From Candidatus Eiseniibacteriota bacterium (GTDB taxonomy: Bacteria; Eisenbacteria; RBG-16-71-46; CAZAMP01), in assembly GCA_965224245.1 (NCBI GenBank), contig OZ245046.1, positions 2,144,001-2,208,000 on the forward strand: a stretch of 64,000 nucleotides of DNA. The letters run 5' to 3'. The notes beneath the pieces were generated by a model. It saw nothing but the letters and a program-made list of their open reading frames with translations. It searched no databases and was not told the DNA's origin. Made by a program: the position numbers and the translations under genes. This document shows, in pieces, positions 8,538 to 16,894 of this stretch (position 1 is its first letter; every line of letters starts with the position of its first letter).

Positions 8538-10067
8538 CTACGCGGCGACGCGGGGCGGTGACGTCTCGTCGACGTCGACGTCGGCGGCCGGGTCGGTGTA
8601 GACGTCGAGCATGATGGCGGGGAGCGATACCTTCAGGGCGTCGATGACCCCCCCGTCCCAGGTCGTGCCACGCCCCTCCTCCAGGATCGCGAGCGTCTCC
8701 TCGACGGTACACGCTTCCTTGTAGACGCGGCGTGAGAGGATCGCGTCGAACGCATCCGCCACCGAGATGATGCGCGCCGGCATCGGAAGCCGATCGCCCG
8801 GGATGCCGTACGGGCCCGAGCCGTCGATCTTCTCGTGGTGGTAGGCCGCGATCGTGGGGACGTCCCGGAGGTGGTGCGGGAAGCGGATCTTGGCCAGGAT
8901 GTCCTCGGTCAGCGCCGCGTGCTGCGACACCTCGTCGTACTCCTTCGGTGTCAGACGATCGGGCTTGAACAGGAGCTCGTCCCGGATCCCTTGCTTGCCC
9001 AGATCGTGCACCAGCGCCGCCACGCTGACGCGCTCGAGCGTGTCGGCGTCCATGTCCATCGTGGTTGCGACGTGCGTCGCGACCTTCTGGACGCGCACCG
9101 AGTGCTCGGCGCCGGCCTCGTCCTTGAGCGCCAGCGAGTGCAGCAACGCGTGCAACGTGGATCGGAAGCCCAGGCGTTGCTCCTCGACGAGGAGGCGGTT
9201 CTCCAGAACGACTCCGATGTAGGTCGCGCAGTACGTCAGGAGCTCGAGATCGTCCTTCGTGAACGGCGCCCCGTCCGCGGCCCGCTTGTCCACCTGCACC
9301 ACGCCGAATGCCGAGTCGTGTCCGATCAACGGCGCCGTGACCGCGGTCTGGATCCGTGCCGCCACCACGCTGTCGGCACCCGGAAGCTCGGCTTCGGACT
9401 TGCTGAACAGGAGCGCTGTGACGTCCCGGAGCACGGTCTCCACGATGGTCCGGCTGAGCTGGGTCTCGCGGGTCGCCCCGTCCCGGGCGCGGACGACGAA
9501 CGGCTCGAGACGTCCGGTCTCGTCGCTCCGGATGACGATGCACGCGTGCGTGGCCTCCGGGAAGGCCGCGAACAGAAACGACGTCAGGACGGTCCCGAGC
9601 TGGCCGGGATCCCGTCGCACGCCGGTCTGGCGCATGAGATCGAGAAAGAGCGTGGCCAGGTGGGGATCCCCGCCGAGCCGAGCCGGGACGTCGGCGCCGG
9701 ACCGCTTCACCGGTCGCGACATCAGCACCGTGGTGCCGGCCGCGTCCCGGAGCACCGGCTCGTCGTCGGGGCTCACCGAGAGCGTGTACGTGCCCAGACG
9801 AAGCACGTCGCCCCGCGCCAGCTCCCACTCCGCGTTCTGGACCAGCGAGGACGTGTCGTCACGGACCACGATCGTGCCGTTGGTGCTTCCGAGATCGCAG
9901 AAGACGAGCTTTCCGCCCGTGAGCGTCACGACGCCGTGCGCCTTCGACACCCGTCGATCGCTGAGGCAGATGTCGCTCTCGGGCGAGCGGCCGATCGTGA
10001 CCTCGTCCTGAACGAACGTTTGTACCCGACGATCTTGCCGGGGCCCGGTGATGGTGATGCGTATCAT
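8538..10067 (-). CDS. FHA-GAF-HD-GYP family cyclic dinucleotide phosphodiesterase
   Basis: FHA (IGRS...VSKAH...DLGSTNGT), GAF (TAPL...GVVQVD), HD-GYP (EHSVRV, LVHDLGK, HHEKIDGSGPYG, ARIISVADAFDA). Confidence 0.88.
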   Translation of the reverse strand: MIRITITGPRQDRRVQTFVQDEVTIGRSPESDICLSDRRVSKAHGVVTLTGGKLVFCDLGSTNGTIVVRDDTSSLVQNAEWELARGDVLRLGTYTLSVSPDDEPVLRDAAGTTVLMSRPVKRSGADVPARLGGDPHLATLFLDLMRQTGVRRDPGQLGTVLTSFLFAAFPEATHACIVIRSDETGRLEPFVVRARDGATRETQLSRTIVETVLRDVTALLFSKSEAELPGADSVVAARIQTAVTAPLIGHDSAFGVVQVDKRAADGAPFTKDDLELLTYCATYIGVVLENRLLVEEQRLGFRSTLHALLHSLALKDEAGAEHSVRVQKVATHVATTMDMDADTLERVSVAALVHDLGKQGIRDELLFKPDRLTPKEYDEVSQHAALTEDILAKIRFPHHLRDVPTIAAYHHEKIDGSGPYGIPGDRLPMPARIISVADAFDAILSRRVYKEACTVEETLAILEEGRGTTWDGGVIDALKVSLPAIMLDVYTDPAADVDVDETSPPRVAA

Positions 10068-10143
10068 CCTTCTGAATGTCGGATCCGTCGGGGAATCGCC
10101 GCAATCCGGGGATCGCGGCCGGGCGGATTTGAACCGGCTTCGG

Positions 10144-10290
10144 TCAGCGCCGGAAGTCGGGGCGACCGTCGTCGGACCAGCGCGGCTTGAGCCGCCGGCG
10201 CCGGATCTTGCGGGCGGGGCGGGACATGGATCGGATGACGGCCAGCACCACGATCGCGCTCACGAGCAGGATCAGGAACGTCGTCTTCAC
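10144..10290 (-). CDS. Small single-pass membrane protein (48 aa), not in the ORF track
   Basis: GGGGGA then GTG; MKTTFLILLVSAIVVLAVIRSMSRPARKIRRRRLKPRWSDDGRPDFRR; nearly all codons end in G/C; fills an otherwise empty gap. Confidence 0.6.
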   Translation of the reverse strand: MKTTFLILLVSAIVVLAVIRSMSRPARKIRRRRLKPRWSDDGRPDFRR

Positions 10291-10359
10291 GGCGTGTCCC
10301 CCCATCCGGCCGGAGCGATCGAGCCGTCGGTCGGGAGGGCGGCGGACCCGATCACGCGG

Positions 10360-11115
10360 TCAGGCCCGCGTCCCGCGTCCGGTGGAGTCCCCGGGCTCGT
10401 CGTCGTCGAACTTCATCAGCTCGCGATAGTCGATGACCTGGAGCTTTCGTCGCATGCGCCAGCGCCGGTAGCGCTGGAGGAAAGGCGGCATCCGGATTCC
10501 GCGGCGCAGGAGCACGAACCCGATGGCGGCCCCGGCCAGGTGGATCGCGTGAGCGATGCCGTCGGACGAGTCGGGGTTGCCGATCATGTACAGCACCTCG
10601 ACGCCGATCAGCATCGCCACCACGATCGCGGCCCGCATCGGAATGATGAAGAAGAGGAGCACCGTGGCGTTGGCGAACAGGACACCGAACGCCAGGAGAA
10701 GCCCGTAGATCGCGCCCGAGGCACCGACCGTGGGCGTCGCGTCCATCCAGCGGGCGAACGTCCAGACGACCGCGGCCCCCACTCCGGTGATGAAGTAGTA
10801 CTGCAGGAATCGCGCACGCCCCAGCGCCCGCTCCACCGAGCTGCCGAACATGTACAGGTAGAACATGTTGAACAGCAGGTGGACGAAGTCGCCGTGCAGG
10901 AACAGGTATGTACCGAGCTGCCAGATGCGCCCGTGCAGCACGCCCCAGGAGCTCAGCCCGAAGACGTCGACCCAGGCGACCCAGTAGCGGCCGAGAAGGA
11001 TCTTGGTGGCCAGGAACGTCAGGATGTTCGCGAACAGCAGCATCCTGACGCCCGGCGGAACCGGAGTCCCGAAGCCGCCCATTGGTGTTCCCGAGGAGTA
11101 TCGGTAACTGCTCAC
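10360..11115 (-). CDS. Rhomboid family intramembrane serine protease
   Basis: WQLGTYLFLH...HLLFNM, catalytic GASG and AHAIHLAG; multiple TM helices. Confidence 0.92.
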   Translation of the reverse strand: MSSYRYSSGTPMGGFGTPVPPGVRMLLFANILTFLATKILLGRYWVAWVDVFGLSSWGVLHGRIWQLGTYLFLHGDFVHLLFNMFYLYMFGSSVERALGRARFLQYYFITGVGAAVVWTFARWMDATPTVGASGAIYGLLLAFGVLFANATVLLFFIIPMRAAIVVAMLIGVEVLYMIGNPDSSDGIAHAIHLAGAAIGFVLLRRGIRMPPFLQRYRRWRMRRKLQVIDYRELMKFDDDEPGDSTGRGTRA

Positions 11116-11156
11116 GCTGCCTGACCTCTGGGCTCGTTAGGACGTCCGGGCGTCGA

Positions 11157-11588
11157 TCACTTCGTCTCGGCGAGCTTGATCTTCGGAGCCATCGGCTCCT
11201 CGATCTTCGTCGCGACCTCCTTGGCCCCGCCCATCACGCAGTTGCCCTGGAAGAAGGCGCCGTCCTCGATCTTGAACGTGGCCGACTGGACGTCGCCCTC
11301 GAGACGAGAACCCCCGAGGAGCACCACGCGTTCCTTCGACTTGATCTTTCCGACCACGCGGCCGGCGATCTCGGCGCCTCCAGAGTCGATGTCGGCCTTC
11401 ACCACGCCCGTCTTGCCCACCACGAGCGCGTTCGAGACCGAGATCTGGCCCTCCACCTCGCCGTCGATCCGGAGATCGCCGTCGACGCAGAGCTCGCCGG
11501 AAAACCGAGTACCGTCACCGATCACAGTCTCGAGACGCTGCTGGGGGACGTGGCCGCCTTCGTACGACGGGGAATCCTTGCGGAACAT
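11157..11588 (-). CDS. Bactofilin (polymer-forming cytoskeletal protein)
   Basis: TVIGDG..FSGEL...LRIDGEVEG...LEGDV...IEDGAFFQGNC beta-helix pattern; GGAGG RBS. Confidence 0.92.
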   Translation of the reverse strand: MFRKDSPSYEGGHVPQQRLETVIGDGTRFSGELCVDGDLRIDGEVEGQISVSNALVVGKTGVVKADIDSGGAEIAGRVVGKIKSKERVVLLGGSRLEGDVQSATFKIEDGAFFQGNCVMGGAKEVATKIEEPMAPKIKLAETK

Positions 11589-11638
11589 TCAGGCCTCCAT
11601 TCCTGTGTGAGACATCCGTCCCAAGGGGACATACTCGG

Positions 11639-11665
11639 TGTTCGACCATTCACGCCACTTCTTGA
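11639..11665 (-). promoter_or_regulatory. sigma28 (FliA/WhiG)-like promoter upstream of bactofilin
   Basis: TCAAG-N14-GTCGAACA on the minus strand, 50 nt before the start codon. Confidence 0.4.
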
Positions 11666-11785
11666 GGCGCGGGCTGGGAACGGACTGGGGGCCCCGAGAC
11701 GCTGCGTCGCGGGCCTCGGCCGGCGGTCGATCGCGGAACTCGGAGGGCCGGAATCTAGCACGCCGGCCACGGCACCGCCAGCGGT

Positions 11786-13594
11786 CTAGGTCGACTCGGG
11801 AACGCGCAGCACGAGGATGGTCTGGTCGTCCTCGGGGGTCTCGCGCGGGCTGAACGCCTGGACCGCCCGGATCACGGCCTCTCCGATCGCGCGTGCGCTC
11901 ACCGGGCTTCCGGGGTCGTCTCCGGACGGTGCCGACACGGCCCCGCGCACGGCGGCCAGGAGCCGGGGCTCGTCGAACACCTCCTCCTCGTCGTCCGGGG
12001 CGGTCGCCTCGGTGAAGCCGTCGGTGTACATGACCAGCGCGTCCCCGGGATGGAGATCCCGCACCGCGGGCAGATACGTCGCGTCGGGGAACGCCCCCAG
12101 GATCGTGCCCCCGGTGGAGAGCCACTCCACCTCCCCCGACCGGCGAAGCAAGAGCGGCGGGTTGTGCCCGGCGTTCACGAACGTCAATCGCCGGTCGGCG
12201 GTGTTCAGCACCCCGTAGAACGCCGTGACGAAGGCCATGTCGTCCGTGCTGTCGTAGAGCAGGTGATTGAGCTCGCCCATGATCTCGGAGATCCCGTACG
12301 TGTTGCGAACCTCGCTCAGGAGCCCCGCGCGGACCGACGCCATGATCAGCGCGGCCGGCACCCCCTTGCCACTCACGTCGGCCACGACGAGCCCCACGTC
12401 GTTCGGCGAGACCCGGATCACGTCGTGGTAGTCGCCGCTCATCTCGAACGACGTGCGCTGTTCGCCCCACAGCTCGATCCCCGTGACCAGCGGCATGCGG
12501 CGGGGTTGAAACAGACGCTGGATGCGCCGCGCCAGCGCCAGCTCGCCGTCGATGCGCCGCTTCGCCTCGCGGAGCCGTCGCGTTCGTTCGCGGGCGACGG
12601 CCACCGACGCGATCGCCGCGAAGGCCTCGAGACGGTGCAGATCCCGGCGGCCGAACGCGGCGGGCCGGTCGCTCTCGATGTTGAATGCGCCGACCACCGC
12701 GTCGTGGCCCGGCTCGGCCCCGCGAAACGGGACGACCAGCTCCGACCGGGTCTCCGGTCGCGCCGTGACGTAGCTCGGATGCGTGAGCACGTCGTCGACG
12801 AGGACCGGCTTGCCCTCCGCGGCGGCCAGACCGACGAGCCCGCGCCCCAGCTTCAGCGCCAGGCGATGCTGCGCACCGGGCGGGTAGCCCCGGTGCTCGA
12901 GCCACTCGAGGGCGTCCCCCCGCGGGTCCACGAGGTAGATGCCGGCCGCGTCGTAGCGCACGAGCCGCTGGAGCTGATCGAGCAGCCGCTCGAGGAGGGT
13001 CTCGACGTCCATCGCCCGTCCCAGGTCCAGGCTGATCTCGTACAGGAGCTCATTCTCGGCGATCAGGTCGCGGCGTTCGTGATGCAGGAAGGCGTTGGAG
13101 AGCGACATGACGATGTCCTCGCCGACCGCTTCCAGGAACGCGATCGCGTCGGCGTCGAAGGGCTCCCTCCCGGATCGGCGGGAGACCTCGAGGACGCCGC
13201 GCAGGACGCCGGCGTGCACCATCGGGACGACCACCATCGGACCCACCGGGTAGCCGCACTCCGCCGAGTACCGCGGCACGTACGACGGGTCGGTCGAGAG
13301 GTCGCCCAGCACCCGGGGCGCGCGATCGGCGATCACGTCGGCCACGAAGCGGCGCGTGGGGGCGTCCACGACGACGGGATGATCCCAGCGGATCTCGTCG
13401 TAGAGCATGAGGTACGAGCCGGTGCGTCCGTCCTCGGAGAGCCACAGCAGGCTGACCGCGTCGGCATCCACGGTCCGGGTCACGCGCTCGCGGATCGTCC
13501 CCAGGAGATCGGGCAGGTGAGCCACGTCGTTGAAGGCGCGGGCGGCGGCGACCAGGTGAGGGTACAGACCGGGCGAGGGGTCGAAGCCGCTCAT
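11786..13594 (-). CDS. GAF-GAF-PP2C (SpoIIE/RsbU-like) serine phosphatase
   Basis: Two GAF domains; PP2C motifs SGDYHD, VADVSGKGVPAAL, NAGH, YTDG, DDQT. Confidence 0.92.
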   Translation of the reverse strand: MSGFDPSPGLYPHLVAAARAFNDVAHLPDLLGTIRERVTRTVDADAVSLLWLSEDGRTGSYLMLYDEIRWDHPVVVDAPTRRFVADVIADRAPRVLGDLSTDPSYVPRYSAECGYPVGPMVVVPMVHAGVLRGVLEVSRRSGREPFDADAIAFLEAVGEDIVMSLSNAFLHHERRDLIAENELLYEISLDLGRAMDVETLLERLLDQLQRLVRYDAAGIYLVDPRGDALEWLEHRGYPPGAQHRLALKLGRGLVGLAAAEGKPVLVDDVLTHPSYVTARPETRSELVVPFRGAEPGHDAVVGAFNIESDRPAAFGRRDLHRLEAFAAIASVAVARERTRRLREAKRRIDGELALARRIQRLFQPRRMPLVTGIELWGEQRTSFEMSGDYHDVIRVSPNDVGLVVADVSGKGVPAALIMASVRAGLLSEVRNTYGISEIMGELNHLLYDSTDDMAFVTAFYGVLNTADRRLTFVNAGHNPPLLLRRSGEVEWLSTGGTILGAFPDATYLPAVRDLHPGDALVMYTDGFTEATAPDDEEEVFDEPRLLAAVRGAVSAPSGDDPGSPVSARAIGEAVIRAVQAFSPRETPEDDQTILVLRVPEST

Positions 13595-15165
13595 GACGCG
13601 TCCCCGATCGTCCCGTGCACGACCACCCCACCGCGCAGCGTGGCGCGAAGCGGGGCGGCGAGGATGGCCGCCGGCTCGTCCGATCGCGTGTCCACGACCA
13701 CGAGGTCCGCGGGGAGCCCGTCGTCGATGCGACCGCCGTGGCGACCGGTCACCGCGCGACCGGCCGCCGTGTAGGCCCGGACCGCATCGGCCAGCGTCAG
13801 GCGTTCGGCCGGGTTGGGATGCGCGATCGCGCCGGTCAGCCCGAACGCGGGTCCCATCGGCATCGAGTCCGACCCGAACGCCAGGGGGACCCCCGCCCGC
13901 ACCATCGATGCGAACGCGTTCGTGGCGGCCGCTCGCGCGGGCCCGAGCCGGATCTCGTAGAGACCTCCCGGCCCGGCCCAGCGGGCGACGAAGTTGGGCT
14001 GCATCGACGCGAGCACGCCCAGAGCGGCCATACGCTCACGTTGCGCGGGATGGGTCAGCTCGACGTGCTCGAGCCGATCGCCGGGACGGACGCCCGCGTC
14101 CTCGAGGGCATCCAGGGCCCGCGTGACCGCCGCGTCGCCGATCACGTGCGTGGCGCATGGCAGCCCCGCGGCGTGGACCGTCCGATAGGCCCGGGCCAGA
14201 TCCTCGCGCGACCACAGGAGCTGACCGCACCGGGGCTCTCGGGGCGACGACGGCGCGGTGCCGGACGACGCGCCGTCCAGGTACGGGCGCTCGAGCGCGG
14301 CCGTGCGCGCCCCGATCGAGCCGTCCAGGAAGAACTTCACCCCCGCCACGCGCACCGACCCGTCTGCGCTGGGCTCGAGGTCGGCCGCCGTCGCGGAGCG
14401 GAAGTGCGCGTACCGGAGGTAGGCATCGACGTCCAGTGCGGCGGGTCGGCGCGCTCGGGCGCGCGTGTCGGCCCAGGCGCGAAGCGCCCGCAGCTCTGGC
14501 AGGCGCACGAAGTCGTGCACACAGCTGACGCCGCTGCGTTCGGCATGCGCGAGCGCCGCATCCAGCGCCCGCGGTGCCTCGGCGTCCAGACCCGGCAGCC
14601 GGGTCGTGACGCCCATCGCCGCCTCCTCCACCAGACGTCCCGTCGGCGGATCGACGTCCGAACCCGCCGGCAGCAGCGCGAGCGCGGCCGAGTTCACGAC
14701 CGCCGTGTGGGTGCACGCCCGCCGGGCCACGATCGGACGGTCCGTCGACAGCCGATCCAGATCCTCGCGCTCGAGCGGCCGGGGATCGTCCACCCAGTCG
14801 GACTCGTCCCATCCCTCGGCCACGAGGGTCTCGGGAAGATCGGCCTCCGCCAGCGCGGCATCGAGACGCGCCAGGGTCTCGCGCCGCGACCGGGCCCCGC
14901 CCAGGTCGGGCCGGACGGCCAGCTCCCCGATCCACTGGAAGTGCGCGTGAGCGTCGCAGAACGCCGGCAGCACCAGGCGATGGGCCAGCGGGCGTCGGGG
15001 CACGTCGGTCGGGACGTGGCCGCCGTCCGGCGGCCCCACGGCCCGGATCACGCCTCCGTCGATCCAGAGGCTCCGCTCGAGGATGCGCCCGGAGTCCTGG
15101 AGCACGCGCGCACCGGTGAGCACGGTGCAGAGGACGGCGGTCACGGAGTGGTGCGCGTCCGGCAT
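13591..15165 (-). CDS. Amidohydrolase 3 family (YtcJ-like) metallohydrolase
   Basis: PAFCDAHAH, GVKFFLDGSIGARTAAL, HVIGD, RLEH, FGSD; ATGA overlap with the next gene. Confidence 0.88.
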   Translation of the reverse strand: MPDAHHSVTAVLCTVLTGARVLQDSGRILERSLWIDGGVIRAVGPPDGGHVPTDVPRRPLAHRLVLPAFCDAHAHFQWIGELAVRPDLGGARSRRETLARLDAALAEADLPETLVAEGWDESDWVDDPRPLEREDLDRLSTDRPIVARRACTHTAVVNSAALALLPAGSDVDPPTGRLVEEAAMGVTTRLPGLDAEAPRALDAALAHAERSGVSCVHDFVRLPELRALRAWADTRARARRPAALDVDAYLRYAHFRSATAADLEPSADGSVRVAGVKFFLDGSIGARTAALERPYLDGASSGTAPSSPREPRCGQLLWSREDLARAYRTVHAAGLPCATHVIGDAAVTRALDALEDAGVRPGDRLEHVELTHPAQRERMAALGVLASMQPNFVARWAGPGGLYEIRLGPARAAATNAFASMVRAGVPLAFGSDSMPMGPAFGLTGAIAHPNPAERLTLADAVRAYTAAGRAVTGRHGGRIDDGLPADLVVVDTRSDEPAAILAAPLRATLRGGVVVHGTIGDAS

Positions 15166-15214
15166 GCGGCCGGTGCGGACGGCACGGACCCCACGACCCG
15201 CTGGGGGCCGGAGG

Positions 15215-15556
15215 TCAGACCCAGTACAGGATGCGTCCGCAGTTCTCGCACAGGAGGAGGCTCTCGGTGTTCTCGTCCGTGCGGACGGCGGACGTGGGGA
15301 GACCCATGAAGCAGCCCAGGCAGCTCTTGCCCTGCACGGGAACCACGGCCGACACGTAGTCGTACCGCTTGGCGACCCGCTCGTAGATGCCCAGGTCGCC
15401 CTCGTCGATCTCCGCCGCGAGCTTGTTCCGACTCTCGATGAGCTGGTCCAGCTTGTCGATCCGGAAGCCCAGCTTCTCCTCGTGACCCAGACGGACCTCG
15501 CGGATCATGATGTCGAGGTTCTGCAGGCTGACGAGCATCTCGTGGCGTCGATTCAT
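15215..15556 (-). CDS. Short C4-type zinc-ribbon protein (DUF164-like)
   Basis: LQNLD short coiled coil, then YER...AVVPV...CLGC...CENCGRILY. Confidence 0.85.
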   Translation of the reverse strand: MNRRHEMLVSLQNLDIMIREVRLGHEEKLGFRIDKLDQLIESRNKLAAEIDEGDLGIYERVAKRYDYVSAVVPVQGKSCLGCFMGLPTSAVRTDENTESLLLCENCGRILYWV

Positions 15557-16023
15557 GCCTGTCCTCGGAGCACCCCGATCACGTCGTCGAACGTCTCGGC
15601 CTTCAGGAGCGCCGTCCGGTTCTCGTCGTTCTTCAGGATCTCCACCAGCTTCCCCAGGAACGGCAGGTATCGGTTTGCACGATCGTTGGGCGGCGCCAGG
15701 ATCAGAAAGAACAGCGTGACCGGCTCACCGTCCACGGCATCGAAGCCGACGCCCCTGGCCGACCGCGCGAACAGCACGCTCATGTCCGACACGGCGAGCG
15801 AGCGACCATGCGGGATGGCGACGCCGCTGCCGATACCGGTGGATCCGAGCGCTTCCCGCTGCCGGAGCATCTCGAGCACGAGATCGCCGTCCCGGGTCCC
15901 GCCGGCCTTGACCAGTGCAGCGGTCAGCTCCTTCAGGACGCCGTCCTTGGATCGGGCTTTGAGCTTGGGGATGAAGTAATCGGGGCGAAAGAACTCGGTC
16001 ACGTCGAGCGCCGTCTTCGGCAT
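15553..16023 (-). CDS. ptsN: PTS EIIA (fructose/nitrogen-regulatory type)
   Basis: REALGSTGIGSGVAIPHGR with the phospho-His; FDAVDGEPV. Confidence 0.85.
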   Translation of the reverse strand: MPKTALDVTEFFRPDYFIPKLKARSKDGVLKELTAALVKAGGTRDGDLVLEMLRQREALGSTGIGSGVAIPHGRSLAVSDMSVLFARSARGVGFDAVDGEPVTLFFLILAPPNDRANRYLPFLGKLVEILKNDENRTALLKAETFDDVIGVLRGQA

Positions 16024-16053
16024 CCGGAGCTACTCCTGGCACGAGAGAGGGCG

Positions 16054-16082
16054 AGAATACCAACCGGATCGACTTCGGACAA
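16054..16082 (-). promoter_or_regulatory. sigma70-type promoter for the ptsN unit
   Basis: TTGTCC-N17-TATTCT with TGn extension. Confidence 0.6.
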
Positions 16083-16117
16083 CCACCCGGCGACCGACCG
16101 GGCGGGCGGTGCCCCGC

Positions 16118-16894
16118 TCAGAGCTCGGCGACCGCGTCGGCCGGCACCCAGCCCTTGAGATCGGACCCGAGCGCGATCTCCCGCCAGCGTCCGAGCTCGC
16201 GCGCGACCCGCACCTCGGTGCCGGCGTGCAGCGTGAACACGGTTCGGCTGTCGTCGCCCGGCTCGTTGGTGACGTCCAGCTCGGGGACCAGCACCACGGC
16301 GGACGGTCCACCCCCGGCGTCGATCGCGCGCCGGAGCCCGAGCGACCCCACGAGCACGACACAGGCCACGCCGAGGGTCCAGAAGAGCGCGCCGCGTCCG
16401 CGGCGCCATCCGGGCAGGAGCAGTGCCACGACCGCCGCGATGCCCAGTGCCCAGTACGCGCCCAGCGCGAGTGTCCAGACCGCCGGCTCGGGCAGGATCG
16501 AGACCGCCGAGACCACCGCGCCGAGCATCCGCGATCCCTCGCGCTCGGGGGCGGCATCGGCGGTGAGGCCGCGTGCGAACTCGAGGTTCGCGCGGATGTC
16601 CGCATCCCAGGGATCCAGCTGCTCGGCCTTCGCGTAGGCCCAGACCGCTCGCCCCACATCGTCGCGCCGGAGGGCCGCGTTGCCGAGGTTGAAGTAGACC
16701 TCCGGGGCCACGGCGCCGAGGTCCAGGATCGCCTCGTATGCCTGTGCCGCGCCCGCGTAGTCCTCTGCCTGATAGAGCCGGTTGCCCTGCTCGAAGAGCG
16801 CCAGCGCGTCGGGCGGTGACCCGGTGGCGTCGGCGTACCCGGCCGACGCGAGGATCGCGAGCATCAGCCGGGCGCGGGTCCACCGTCGGGTCAT
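16118..16894 (-). CDS. batE: BatE-like TPR + TM + SH3 protein
   Basis: TPR (YFNLGNA...DIRANL), two TM helices, SH3b-like FTLHAGTEV...KGWVP. Confidence 0.85.
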   Translation of the reverse strand: MTRRWTRARLMLAILASAGYADATGSPPDALALFEQGNRLYQAEDYAGAAQAYEAILDLGAVAPEVYFNLGNAALRRDDVGRAVWAYAKAEQLDPWDADIRANLEFARGLTADAAPEREGSRMLGAVVSAVSILPEPAVWTLALGAYWALGIAAVVALLLPGWRRGRGALFWTLGVACVVLVGSLGLRRAIDAGGGPSAVVLVPELDVTNEPGDDSRTVFTLHAGTEVRVARELGRWREIALGSDLKGWVPADAVAEL

